The notes under the pieces: generated by a model | The model's input: the letters and a program-made list of their open reading frames with translations, nothing else | Databases searched by the model: none | What the model was told of the DNA's origin: nothing | Made by a program: the position numbers and the translations under genes | In this document: positions 1-10,513 of the stretch, piece by piece | Numbering within the stretch: position 1 is the stretch's first letter | Layout of the letters: every line of letters begins with the position of its first letter | Source: a virus | Lineage: Duplodnaviria > Caudoviricetes | Reading direction: 5' to 3' (one strand) | IMG/VR virus record: IMGVR_UViG_2609460327_000001 | Location: 128,001-192,000 of that record | DNA length: 64,000 nt

Positions 1-1
1 G

Positions 2-763
2 GCAAGTGCCAGCAGTGAATGGGTTGGACAACCCGCGTTTAAAGCCTTTGATGGCAATATTTCGAATGCAGGCAATGCTTGGGTGACTAATTCAACAATA
101 GGCGGATGGTTACAATATGATTTTCCAGAGCCTAGGGTTATTACAGGATACGCAGTATGTCCTCAAATTTCAAATCTATTAAGAAGCCCTAAAGACTGGA
201 CATTTGAAGCATGGGATGAAACTGAGTCAAGATGGGTTATTCTCGATCAACGAATTGGCATTATTGGGTGGGCGAGCAATGCATTCATGAATTTCTCATT
301 TGCAAATAAAAAGGTTTATTCCAAATATCGAATTAATGTGTCTGCTAATAGTGGAGATGCTACATATCTCTCTATTCAAGAGATGCAGCTATTCGAAGTC
401 TCAGGAGTAATTAGAACACTTACAGGTGGAGTTGCCTTCGCGGATTCTGAAGGAAATAAAGCTTTAACTGAACAGAATCCACCACAGGGAGCTTGGCCGA
501 CCAATAATGAATGGGATCGCTATATCACAAAATATCCAGAGAGCCGAATACAAGAAGGTAAAACGTTAAATGACATATTTCATTTTGCTGAATGTATGAC
601 ATGGACACAAGACACCGGTTCTGACGGAATAAGCTCAGGATCAGCAGCTAGGAGAGTTATAAGAGGCGGATCTAATGGGGTCGCTTTCTATAACACTTAT
701 AGTTCTGATAATGCCAACATTCAAGTTGGATTCCGTCCAGTGCTTGAATATAAGGAGGTGTAA
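2..763 (+). CDS. 5'-truncated F5/8 type C (discoidin) domain protein with C-terminal C-type-lectin/FGE-like domain; putative virion fibre/adhesin
   Basis: The frame is open from base 2 (ASASSEWVGQPAFKAFDG...W...WLQYDF...PKDWTFEAWD...YRINV, discoidin pattern), so the gene starts left of the window. It ends WTQD...RVIRGG...GFRPVLE. Confidence 0.75.
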   Translation, partial: ASASSEWVGQPAFKAFDGNISNAGNAWVTNSTIGGWLQYDFPEPRVITGYAVCPQISNLLRSPKDWTFEAWDETESRWVILDQRIGIIGWASNAFMNFSFANKKVYSKYRINVSANSGDATYLSIQEMQLFEVSGVIRTLTGGVAFADSEGNKALTEQNPPQGAWPTNNEWDRYITKYPESRIQEGKTLNDIFHFAECMTWTQDTGSDGISSGSAARRVIRGGSNGVAFYNTYSSDNANIQVGFRPVLEYKEV

Positions 764-766
764 TAT

Positions 767-3700
767 ATGGCAACAATAGGACAAACATTAACTGCTCCAG
801 AAACAGGATGGAAACGTATTGACAATACAGATAGTAAATTTGTTTTGTCTGGAAGTTGGGGAAGCTCAACTAATGAAGGTCATTACGGTGGATCCGGGCT
901 ATATAATGGATCAGCTAATGCGAATGCGAAGGTATCCTTCAGATTTTATGGGACTAAAATAAGATGGATTGGCTACAATTCGAACACAGAAGATTATCAT
1001 GAATCAGTAAAAATCACTATAGATGGTATATCTGAAACATTTAGCTCCGTAGGGGGTAGCACTTTATTTCAGGCATTACAGTATGAAAAGAATGGGCTTC
1101 CTTTAGGCTTCCATACCGTTGAGGTTAGTGCGGACTCTATTGCTAAGTACTTCTATTTTGATGCTATTGATATTGATGAAGGTGGATATTTAACGGTATT
1201 GATTGGTGGCCAATTAACCAGCCCGGAAGCTGGATGGAAGCGTATAGAGAACAATGATCCGCTTATTCAATATGCTGCCAATAGAGTATCAAGTGATATT
1301 AACTATAATGCAGGTACAATAAAATTTAGGTTTTCAGGCTCGAAGCTCAGACTTTTATATAATTATAATGTTTTCGATGTCTTAGATATTGATGGAGTAG
1401 AATATGAACTGCTTCCGGCTGCTAATGAGTCAAATAAAGTAGTATTTGAAATACTTGATCTCACCGACTCAAATCATGTAGCAACAATTACAACCCACAC
1501 AGGGAGTGATTGGTACTCACAGTTTAATGCGTTTGATATTGATGGAGATGGCAGCATACTTCCTTTAATAGGAGGAGCGCTAACTGCACCGCAGGATGGA
1601 TGGAAGAGATATGATGATCAGTATCCAGGTTTTAAATATAAAGGGAGCTGGACTGCAAATAGCGCAGGAGATACAGGAGCATACAAAGGTGTAACCAGAG
1701 TCTGCAATAACGCATCTGTAGACACAGATGTAATATCATTTCGTTTTACGGGCGATCGCATTCGCATTATTGCTAAAACAAACACAAAACATTCAAATAA
1801 TGTGATAGTTCGAATAGATGGTGTCGAAGAGGTTTTCTCTATTAGAGATACACTAATGCAACAAAGACTAGCCTACGAGAAAACTCTCTCTGACAGTAAT
1901 GAGCATGTAGTTGAGATTACAGGGACGGGCTTAATCGTCTTTGATGCTGTTGATATTAAAGCTGATGGCCGCCTTCTACATCCAGATGAAGCAACCGATG
2001 TTGCTAATCTTGAAGTAGGCAAGCGCATAAGATGTAATTACGTTGTAACGACCAGCGGGACGGTGGGAGCGTTTAGTAATCTCGGGAAAGAGACAGGCGA
2101 TTTCCTAGCGCCATCTGGCCCATCTGTGCCAAATGGAGACTTCTATTTCATTATGGTTGAAGATTGGAATGGCAAGAAGATTCTTATTGCAGACCGAAAT
2201 ATTCAAACTAATATTACATGGAATGAATTAAATAGCTCGGGCGTTGCCTCTGGAAGCGGTGTTAAGGCGCTTGTCTCTGATAATGGCAGCGAAGGCACAG
2301 TGCGTTTAATGACTGGGGGTAATAGTTCTGCCAATAAAGATAACCAATGGGATATATATATCGTCAACTCTTCATTAAACGGGGCAATTACAGCCGGAGA
2401 TAATAATGTTTGGAATTATGGTGTTTATGGTTCATGGACTTCTACAACTCACAACAACAGTGCGACCTACCGAACATTGAGAGGAGGCGGCACTGTAACT
2501 GCAATGGGCGCATCAGCTACGTCTAGTGCTGCACCGGGATTTAGACCAGTCTTAGAAATCGAGCCGCCACCTATCATTCAAAAGTTCCTTATACAAGATG
2601 GAGAAGAGATTAAAAGGCTTGTATTTGCCGAGAATCAATCTTCTGTAAATTTAGCAGGGAGCCAATATGTAGAGGCTCCTCTTTCCAATAGTCTGAATAT
2701 TGGTGGAGACTTTACGCTGCAAGCGTGGGTTAAATTAAATGCCAGCGGTATTTCAGGGAGTGTTATCTCTAAATGGGGAGCAGCAGGCTTAGGGAATGCT
2801 TCCTATCTGTTAACAATTACCGAAGGTAAAGTTCAAGGCGCCACTCATAACGGATTCAGAACTTCATCGGTAGCTGGTGCGACATTGCTTCCCGTCAACA
2901 CTTGGGTCAATATTGCTGTGGTCTTACAAGGAACTGCCCTGTCTGTTTATGTTAATGGGGTTATCGACGGAGTTCAGAATAATGTTGTTCTTCCGCAGGC
3001 TGCTTCTAATTACAAACTAAATCTAGGTCGTGAATCCAGCGGATTAAACCTCTTTAATGGATTTATTGATGAGGTTAGTATTTGGACAAGAGCGCTTTCT
3101 CCTGATGAGATAAAGAGAAATAGTGAAGTTCTCTTAACTGGAAAAGAAGTAGGATTGGCAGCTTACTGGGACTTTGAAGAAGGAGAAGGAATGACTATTG
3201 CTGATAAATCAGATAACCATAATGATGGACATCTAACATCATCCTCAGTTTGGGTTGCAGATGCTTCGCCAGTAAAGGGAGATAAGTTCTGGAAAGTAGT
3301 CGGGGCGACTCCTGCTGCAAAAGATTATTTTGACTTAGATGGAATGGATGATTTAGAAATCATTAAGAATGAGGACATTTTATCTTTAACTTCTTCCACT
3401 CCTAAAGTTTTAGTCTGGACGGATTATACAGAAGTCAATCCAGTTTTAAACACAGTGGCTTTGCCTAAAGAGAAAATAATAATGCCAGTAGGCGATATTG
3501 AAATCCCTGAAGAAGGCATTAATTCTATTAACCTGAATGCTACTGGAATTAAGGCTATTGCAAGTATTGATCAAGGGCAGACTTGGAAGGCATGGGATGG
3601 ATCGAGTTGGATTACGGTCACGCCTGATGCTCCAGGAGTTAAGACAAGCGGAATGACACCAGAAATATTCAACAGCCTTAACAGTGATCAGTGGAGTATG

Positions 3701-4300
3701 CTGATTCAATCCTCAGATACAATCCGTTTCGCTTATTATCTTGAAATGGAATCCCTGCAGGATGAAGTATACGCAGATGAGATTAGCTTTACTGCTAATG
3801 CTGTCACAACTGTAACGCCTTACATTGAGTCGATAAAAGTGACTTATGATGAACTTACAATCAAAGGGCGCCTTGAGGATCTGGAGCGAATCAACACGAT
3901 TAATATGGCAAAGCTCAATTTTAAGAGTAATGCTTTACTTGTCTCAGAAAAATACAGTCTATATGACCTGGTGATCGATACATTCGAGACAAATGGTGGA
4001 ATAGACGCATCGCTGACCACGGCAAACTATGATACAATCAACAAGAGATATAATGGCTCAGGTGTGATTGTAACGCCATACGAAGAAGTTAATTCATATC
4101 GGAAACAGCTATTGATTGTGGCTGACGCAACATCTGATGTGCAAGTCGCTTATTCTATGAATGACGGCGGCACATGGAAAACTGGGGCGCTGAATACCCT
4201 GATTGACATTTCAAATGACACAGGCAACAAGCTGAAAATAAAAGTAACATTGCCGGCTGCCGGTTCGAATATTACGGCACTGGCTTACTCTTGGGCGTAG
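767..4300 (+). CDS. 1177 aa multidomain lectin-like fibre/appendage protein (3 tandem beta-sandwich repeats, CLec-like domain, LamG domain, C-terminal scaffold module)
   Basis: RBS AAGGAGGT. Three repeats IGxxLTxPExGWKR. ILIADRNIQ...RGG...GFRPVLE domain. LamG motifs FTLQAWVK, WVNIAVV, YVNG, FNGFIDEVSIWTRALS, LAAYWDFEEG. Confidence 0.75.
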   Translation: MATIGQTLTAPETGWKRIDNTDSKFVLSGSWGSSTNEGHYGGSGLYNGSANANAKVSFRFYGTKIRWIGYNSNTEDYHESVKITIDGISETFSSVGGSTLFQALQYEKNGLPLGFHTVEVSADSIAKYFYFDAIDIDEGGYLTVLIGGQLTSPEAGWKRIENNDPLIQYAANRVSSDINYNAGTIKFRFSGSKLRLLYNYNVFDVLDIDGVEYELLPAANESNKVVFEILDLTDSNHVATITTHTGSDWYSQFNAFDIDGDGSILPLIGGALTAPQDGWKRYDDQYPGFKYKGSWTANSAGDTGAYKGVTRVCNNASVDTDVISFRFTGDRIRIIAKTNTKHSNNVIVRIDGVEEVFSIRDTLMQQRLAYEKTLSDSNEHVVEITGTGLIVFDAVDIKADGRLLHPDEATDVANLEVGKRIRCNYVVTTSGTVGAFSNLGKETGDFLAPSGPSVPNGDFYFIMVEDWNGKKILIADRNIQTNITWNELNSSGVASGSGVKALVSDNGSEGTVRLMTGGNSSANKDNQWDIYIVNSSLNGAITAGDNNVWNYGVYGSWTSTTHNNSATYRTLRGGGTVTAMGASATSSAAPGFRPVLEIEPPPIIQKFLIQDGEEIKRLVFAENQSSVNLAGSQYVEAPLSNSLNIGGDFTLQAWVKLNASGISGSVISKWGAAGLGNASYLLTITEGKVQGATHNGFRTSSVAGATLLPVNTWVNIAVVLQGTALSVYVNGVIDGVQNNVVLPQAASNYKLNLGRESSGLNLFNGFIDEVSIWTRALSPDEIKRNSEVLLTGKEVGLAAYWDFEEGEGMTIADKSDNHNDGHLTSSSVWVADASPVKGDKFWKVVGATPAAKDYFDLDGMDDLEIIKNEDILSLTSSTPKVLVWTDYTEVNPVLNTVALPKEKIIMPVGDIEIPEEGINSINLNATGIKAIASIDQGQTWKAWDGSSWITVTPDAPGVKTSGMTPEIFNSLNSDQWSMLIQSSDTIRFAYYLEMESLQDEVYADEISFTANAVTTVTPYIESIKVTYDELTIKGRLEDLERINTINMAKLNFKSNALLVSEKYSLYDLVIDTFETNGGIDASLTTANYDTINKRYNGSGVIVTPYEEVNSYRKQLLIVADATSDVQVAYSMNDGGTWKTGALNTLIDISNDTGNKLKIKVTLPAAGSNITALAYSWA

Positions 4301-4319
4301 GGGCTTTCCCTACTCCCAA
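4291..4319 (+). other. Stem-loop overlapping the stop codon (weak terminator or mRNA-stabilising hairpin)
   Basis: TTGGG-C-GTAGGG GCTTT CCCTAC-T-CCCAA inverted repeat with only a short T tail. Confidence 0.5.
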
Positions 4320-4337
4320 TTTATAAGAGGTGATCTA

Positions 4338-6203
4338 ATGGATATTATATCGCTACAAAAGGCAACAAAGGCAAAACGAGAGATGAAGAAAGTAAAGGAT
4401 CGTCTTGGCGATGGTGTCCAGTCATCGTTTGCTAATGTCAAGGGTAGGCTGGAGGCACTGGAAGCCAGGAAGATCGGAGAGAATGCAGCAACGTATTTAA
4501 TCAGCACTGATGATCAGTGGAAAGCCGGGACAATGAATAACGTCCTTGCTGCTGACGGTGTCCTGACTGGAGCAGGATCTTGGATTGGTGAGATCGAAAT
4601 TCCAGACGCCGTATCACTATCTAAAATCGGAATAGAGACTAAAGTCTTACAAGCCGAGGATTATACCCCTCTGATTCAAGGTATGACATCTGGAACAGCA
4701 CCGGCTCCGCAGGTCGCTACCGCATCGAGTGGTTCTGGTTATGCTATGTTCTCTGATTCGGGAAGCGCCGCGTGGAGATCGTCTGGTGGTGTGATTAGAA
4801 ACTCATGGGTCATGATTGATTTGGGCTCTGCTAAAAACGTTACACAATACACAATGTCTACCGGGGTGGAAAATTCCACTACCAATACGTACTCTAATTC
4901 AATGCCAGGATCATGGAGGCTTGAAGGAAGTAATGATGGCACATCTTGGACCACGATCGATACAAGAACCGCCACCGCGGCTGATTGGGGCGGTTGGAGA
5001 AACTGGTCTACTAGGATTACGAAAACTTTCCAGTTTGCCAATGCCAATAATTATCGGTATTATCGATTCTATTTTGTGCAAACATGCGATACAAGCAGCA
5101 GCACATATACCTTTATCGTTGGCCGCACGCAGTTGTATGAGCAAGGCAGCGCCCAGCCAATTTATGTGAACGATGATTTCTCGACTGCAGATGTTACGAT
5201 CGATACAGGAAGGGGATTCGAAGCGCTCGGATCGAGTGGTATAATCAACTCCAAATTCAATACGAACATTAAGGTGAAGATTGCGGCGCCAAGTGGAAAG
5301 ACGCTGAGCATCAGCAAACTATCGATCACGTATCGCTCCCGTCCAATCAATATGCGGATATCCGAAGTGGAAAAAATGGTTGCAATCAATCTGAACAAGC
5401 ATAATCTCCGGGTTGCAGCGCTTCTTAACAAAGCCAGATACAAGCTGACAGATATGGTTGTTGACGACTTCGCGGACTTGTCGGGTATTGACACTGATAA
5501 ATCCACGGGGTATGCGTATGATGGTACATTGAAAAAAATATCGGTGTCTGATAATCAAGACACAGCGGAAGTTGTCACAGTAGCAGAAAAGCTTGACGCA
5601 GTTCCGGAGATGTTATTGCTTTCAGAAGCGTCGGCTGGAATATCCACAAGCACCAAATCACCTGATTTGGCTTCTGGAACAATGAATGGCACGGATTTTA
5701 TGAATGGTGCAATTAACCTTCATGTTGTCGGAGAAACGAGCCAGAAGGTTTATGCGACATCAGGGACATATGAAACAGCGGTTATCGACATGGGCGATAA
5801 CTATAAATCATTCAACCAGGTTACAGTGCTATCAGATATTCCGACCGGATCTTCTCTGAAGGTATCATCCTCTACTTCCGAGGATGGCGTTGCATTTACG
5901 CCGTATACTCCATTGAATCCGGATGGGTCTGTTGCTTCTCCAAACGGTAGATATATTAAATTCCGTTGCGACATGGAGTCGGGCACGACCACGACGAATG
6001 AGACGCTTCAGGATTTCACTTCAGATGAGGTAGATCGATTTGAAACGAATCCGTATATCCAGTTTGACGGGGCAGCTAAATTTCGCTTCTTTTATCGATC
6101 GGATATGCAGAAGGATTCAAGCTTTGCTGATTCAGGTAGCGTGTTCAGAGGGAAGATTAAGAAGTCCGAGTTTCAAGAGCTTAAATCGATAGAGGTGAAC
6201 TAA
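4338..6203 (+). CDS. 621 aa discoidin (F5/8 C) domain structural protein
   Basis: RBS GAGGTG. WVMIDLG...PGSWRLEGSNDGTSWTTIDT...YRYYRF. Shares N-terminal and internal modules with the 9440 ORF. Confidence 0.7.
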   Translation: MDIISLQKATKAKREMKKVKDRLGDGVQSSFANVKGRLEALEARKIGENAATYLISTDDQWKAGTMNNVLAADGVLTGAGSWIGEIEIPDAVSLSKIGIETKVLQAEDYTPLIQGMTSGTAPAPQVATASSGSGYAMFSDSGSAAWRSSGGVIRNSWVMIDLGSAKNVTQYTMSTGVENSTTNTYSNSMPGSWRLEGSNDGTSWTTIDTRTATAADWGGWRNWSTRITKTFQFANANNYRYYRFYFVQTCDTSSSTYTFIVGRTQLYEQGSAQPIYVNDDFSTADVTIDTGRGFEALGSSGIINSKFNTNIKVKIAAPSGKTLSISKLSITYRSRPINMRISEVEKMVAINLNKHNLRVAALLNKARYKLTDMVVDDFADLSGIDTDKSTGYAYDGTLKKISVSDNQDTAEVVTVAEKLDAVPEMLLLSEASAGISTSTKSPDLASGTMNGTDFMNGAINLHVVGETSQKVYATSGTYETAVIDMGDNYKSFNQVTVLSDIPTGSSLKVSSSTSEDGVAFTPYTPLNPDGSVASPNGRYIKFRCDMESGTTTTNETLQDFTSDEVDRFETNPYIQFDGAAKFRFFYRSDMQKDSSFADSGSVFRGKIKKSEFQELKSIEVN

Positions 6204-6205
6204 CA

Positions 6206-9200
6206 ATGGCAGTTAAAGTAGGCCAAGTATTTACCGTCCCATACTCGGGAGCAAAAGAAAACTGGGTGGTACCTAATGGCGTCACTAAGGTCCGCATTCA
6301 ATGTTACGGTCCTGTAGGTGGCGCGGCTTCCAGCGGCTATGCCGGAAACCATTATGTTGCACCGACGAATGGGGCAATCACGTACTATGATGTGAAGGTG
6401 GCGTCTAAGGAATCATTTAGCTGTTACGTAGGACAGGTTGGAATAACTGGAGGAACCGGTTCATACACGCCAGGACGATTGGGCCCAGGAGGAGGCGGTG
6501 GCGGCAGCGGGGCAACTCAGGTATATAAAGACGATGCCCTCATTGTAAGTGCCCGTGGTGGCGATGGAGCACATGGCGGAGATGGCAACACATCCAACTC
6601 TTCTGGCTATGGGTTGGGCGGAGATGCTGGATGGTCAGGACCCAATGGTATTGGTAAAAACGGAAAACGCGCGAGCTCTCTAAGCGGCGGCGCTGGCGGT
6701 GCTGGAGGTGGAACTAGTATTGGAACATCTACAGGTGCGACCAATAGTAGCGTAGGTAAGATTGAATTTATCGTCTTGGAAATCGCCAACTCAAAATATC
6801 TTTTCCAAGATGGATCGGATATTAAGAAGTATATGCCATATCAACCTGCAGTTGCGGGAAGCAACCAGATACCAAGAATGACTTCATATACAGCTCCATC
6901 TGGTGCAGTTTCCGCCAGCGCTTATCATATACAAACAGGATATGCTGCATGGAAAGCATTTGATGGTACGGAAACTGGTGTTTATCAATCTCCATCCGGA
7001 GCATTGACAGTCTGGGTAGAATATGACTTCCAGAGACCTGTTTTAATTTCGAAATATGTAATTCATGCAGGACAAAACGCCAGCTATTTGCCATTATCAT
7101 GGGATTTCGAAGGATTTGATGGGGAAAACTGGATTGTATTAGACTCTCAAGATGGGCAGACAAACTGGGTGAATGGCGATATAAAAAGCTATTTATTTAG
7201 CAATACAGTGAGCTACAACAGGTATCGCATAAATATGAAGTCCGGAAGAAGCGACTCTTATTATCTTCCAGAGCTTGAAATGCATTCACCAAGCTATCCC
7301 GAGCAGCCAGCCAGATGGGAGGTAGTAGGAACAACTCCTGTTACCAAGGCGATGTTTGATGCAGACGGTATGAACGATACAGACCTAGCAAAGGTTGATC
7401 ATGCAGCCATTCAATTGCTCAATTCTGAGAATATCGATCTGCTAGTGTGGACCGATGAAGTTGGAGCAATCCAAAGCTACTCTCAAAACCAGTGTGTGGC
7501 AGGAATACCATATGCAATTGGTAGCTTTAGCTCATCATCATATCCAGAGTCCTATGCATTTGATAACAACAGCAACACGAAATGGGTTGCCACTCACGCC
7601 ACATCAATCGGAAATGGGGCGATTGGATATCAATTCCCAAGCCCGATTGAAATTCGGAAATTCGTTATTCAAATGTCGAATAACCTTATGACGGCATTTA
7701 AGGTGCAATACTCTGACGATGGGGCAGCGTGGACGACAGCCACATCCGTATCAGGGATTACAGCAAATACGACCGAAATTAAAATCGGCTCATTCGGCGC
7801 ACACAGCTACTGGCGGCTGCTTAATGATACAATGACTAATTCAATGTGGGAAGTAGTCGAGCTACAAATGATGACTGGTAATCCATCCCCTCCGAGTCGA
7901 ACGATGGACATAACAGCAATCCCCTTCAGGCAGCTACTTATTCCAACGAGCGATCTTACCGTGGGAGAAATCGATAAAGTGCGACTTGATATTGTCAATA
8001 AAAAACCTGAAAATGCTATACCGCTCATGACAAGCAATACCGCTCCAAGCGGTAAAGCAAGCTCCAGTACGTATCAAACTGGAAGCGAAGCTTACAAAGC
8101 CTTTGACTCCGTTCGTACTGCCGGATCGTCATCATGGTTAACCGCATCGAATGTATTAACAGGCTGGCTTGCTTACGAGTTTCCTACAGCCAAGGTCATC
8201 ACTTCATACATGATCATTCCGTACACGGAAAGCTTATCACCAAAAACGTGGACGTTTGAAGGCAGTAATGATGGAATCACATGGGATGTGCTAGATCGGC
8301 AGGCCTTAGCAGCGTGGGCCGATTGGAGTCCAAGAGGAACTAGTTTGACCTACTCGTTTGCGAATGATGTTGCATACACGAAGTACCGGCTAAATATTAC
8401 GGAATCCTTCGGAACTGCTTATGTCGGCATCGCGGTTCTGGAAATGTATGAAAAACCAGTCGGCACGGATCTCAAGGTATTGCTAAGTGGAGATAGTGGG
8501 CTTACCTGGAAAACGCTTAAAGGTGGCGGAGAATTTTTGCCAGCGATGACATCTAATTCAACGCCAGCTCCTTACCTGGTTGAAGCATCCTCTGTTTTGA
8601 CTGGTGCGAGTAATTATCAGCCATGGAAGGCATTCAATAAAACAGTAACTGATTATACCGACTCCTGGATAAGCGATGATAAGGTCGGATGGGTATCAAT
8701 TGATCTAGGCAGCAGTGGAAGTAAAAAAATATCGGAATATTCTGTTACTTGTCGAAATTGGAACGATAGTCAAGCTGACAAAGAAACCACGGCACCAAAA
8801 TCTTGGACCTTTGAAGGGTCAAATGACAATGCAAATTGGGCTATACTTGATACGCAAGTTAACCAGATATCTTGGACAAAAGCGCAAAAGAGATCCTTCA
8901 AAATTTCCAATAGTGGTATATATCGTTATTATCGATTAAACATCTCAGATAATAACGGAGCGTACTATGTAGCAATTGGAGAGATCGGGTTAATTGAAGC
9001 TCCATCTTTCCAAACGGTTAATATTGCAGATATGGCAGCTGTAAAATCCAGCGGAATGACGCCGGCACAAGTTAATGCGATATCTGCATCTGACTGGTCT
9101 AATCTTGTGAGCAGTGGCAAGCTTCGTCTAGCTTTCTACATGGAGCTTAACAATATGACCGATATTCTTGAGATCAGAAAACTGGACGTAAATCAAAAGA

Positions 9201-9427
9201 TTCACACGATAACGCCAAGCCTAAGTGGGATTTCGGTGATATACAATAACCTAAAGATCTCAAAGCCCCACTTTTTTGTATCAAGAGATGATGGCGGAAC
9301 ATGGACAGAAGTATCGCCAGATGCTCTGACCAAATTAGACGGCATGCCAGAGGGCAAGATGCTCAGGGTGAAAGCTGTTCTAAGGAACGGCGAAGAGGTT
9401 CAAGCATTATCATATTCCTGGGTGTAA
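6206..9427 (+). CDS. 1073 aa glycine-rich plus four F5/8-discoidin domain fibre/adhesin protein
   Basis: N-terminal Gly-rich domain (VPNGVTKVRIQCYGPVGG...GGGGG). Four repeats of AFD...W...FEGSND...W..LD...YRL. Confidence 0.75.
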   Translation: MAVKVGQVFTVPYSGAKENWVVPNGVTKVRIQCYGPVGGAASSGYAGNHYVAPTNGAITYYDVKVASKESFSCYVGQVGITGGTGSYTPGRLGPGGGGGGSGATQVYKDDALIVSARGGDGAHGGDGNTSNSSGYGLGGDAGWSGPNGIGKNGKRASSLSGGAGGAGGGTSIGTSTGATNSSVGKIEFIVLEIANSKYLFQDGSDIKKYMPYQPAVAGSNQIPRMTSYTAPSGAVSASAYHIQTGYAAWKAFDGTETGVYQSPSGALTVWVEYDFQRPVLISKYVIHAGQNASYLPLSWDFEGFDGENWIVLDSQDGQTNWVNGDIKSYLFSNTVSYNRYRINMKSGRSDSYYLPELEMHSPSYPEQPARWEVVGTTPVTKAMFDADGMNDTDLAKVDHAAIQLLNSENIDLLVWTDEVGAIQSYSQNQCVAGIPYAIGSFSSSSYPESYAFDNNSNTKWVATHATSIGNGAIGYQFPSPIEIRKFVIQMSNNLMTAFKVQYSDDGAAWTTATSVSGITANTTEIKIGSFGAHSYWRLLNDTMTNSMWEVVELQMMTGNPSPPSRTMDITAIPFRQLLIPTSDLTVGEIDKVRLDIVNKKPENAIPLMTSNTAPSGKASSSTYQTGSEAYKAFDSVRTAGSSSWLTASNVLTGWLAYEFPTAKVITSYMIIPYTESLSPKTWTFEGSNDGITWDVLDRQALAAWADWSPRGTSLTYSFANDVAYTKYRLNITESFGTAYVGIAVLEMYEKPVGTDLKVLLSGDSGLTWKTLKGGGEFLPAMTSNSTPAPYLVEASSVLTGASNYQPWKAFNKTVTDYTDSWISDDKVGWVSIDLGSSGSKKISEYSVTCRNWNDSQADKETTAPKSWTFEGSNDNANWAILDTQVNQISWTKAQKRSFKISNSGIYRYYRLNISDNNGAYYVAIGEIGLIEAPSFQTVNIADMAAVKSSGMTPAQVNAISASDWSNLVSSGKLRLAFYMELNNMTDILEIRKLDVNQKIHTITPSLSGISVIYNNLKISKPHFFVSRDDGGTWTEVSPDALTKLDGMPEGKMLRVKAVLRNGEEVQALSYSWV

Positions 9428-9439
9428 GGAGGATTTTAA

Positions 9440-10498
9440 ATGAGCATGGATATTATTAGTTACGGGGTCGCCAACAAGGCGGCCTCCGATCAAAAGAAAA
9501 CTCGGGATACAACGCTCGGCGCAGGCGTCGAGGGACAGGCCCATAACCTCAAGGAAAGAATCGACCTAGCCGAGAAATATATCCAGGGTGTCGTTCGGTT
9601 AGCAGACAGTATAATCGTTAAGGATACCATCAATATCATGAAAGCCAACGCCAGACTGAATGTGATCGCAAAGTCCAAGCGCTACAAACTGGCAAACATG
9701 GTCTTTGAAGACTTCCTAGACGACTCTGGAATTGATGCTGCGAAAAGCACGAACTTCTCACTGGACATAACACTCGGGAAAGTGAGCTCTGTGTCCGGCA
9801 CAGCAGTTATCACAAGCACGGCTGAGACTGCTGATGCTGTGCCGAGCAAGGCCATCCTCGTTACTGAAGAGAATATGCCGCAGAAGACGCCGCTGATTCC
9901 AACGATGATAAGCAATATTAGGCCGATTCCATATGTCGCTAGTGCATACGACCAAACATATTCGTCTAATCAGGCATGGATGGCCTTTGATGAAACAAGT
10001 AATTATTTTATGGGGGGCGTCAACGCAAAGCTTCCGTATTGGTTGATGATCGATCTTGGCACAAATGCGGAGGCTGCCAATCAATTGGAGATTATTACGA
10101 CGGGCTATGGTACACCGCAAGGCGGATTGATACAGGGCAGTATGGATGGAAAAACCTTCGAGAATTTGGCGACGCTTCCAGCAAGTATGGCCTACTACAG
10201 AACCTATCTAATTGATTTCGTAAACACCGTAAAATACAGATACTACCGTCTAATTCAAACGACGTCAGGTCTAAACCGCATGGAAGTCAATAAAATGCAG
10301 CTTTATAAGGTGACTAGTGAAGGCGCGCAAGTCGGAAAGTACTTTATTTCAAGAGATGACGGAGTGACGTGGGAACCGATCAACCCGGGGGAGCTCTTTT
10401 ATTTCGGAGGAAACACACCTGCTGGCACAAAAATCCGGACCCGAATTGAAATGCCAGACAAATCAGAACTATTAAACTACGGACTCACCTGGTCCTAA
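9440..10498 (+). CDS. 352 aa discoidin-domain structural protein, paralogous to the 4338 ORF
   Basis: RBS AAGGAGG. WMAFD...WLMIDLG...IQGSMDG...YRYYRL. C-terminal ISRDDGVTW module. Confidence 0.7.
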   Translation: MSMDIISYGVANKAASDQKKTRDTTLGAGVEGQAHNLKERIDLAEKYIQGVVRLADSIIVKDTINIMKANARLNVIAKSKRYKLANMVFEDFLDDSGIDAAKSTNFSLDITLGKVSSVSGTAVITSTAETADAVPSKAILVTEENMPQKTPLIPTMISNIRPIPYVASAYDQTYSSNQAWMAFDETSNYFMGGVNAKLPYWLMIDLGTNAEAANQLEIITTGYGTPQGGLIQGSMDGKTFENLATLPASMAYYRTYLIDFVNTVKYRYYRLIQTTSGLNRMEVNKMQLYKVTSEGAQVGKYFISRDDGVTWEPINPGELFYFGGNTPAGTKIRTRIEMPDKSELLNYGLTWS

Positions 10499-10513
10499 AG
10501 GAGACGATCGACT

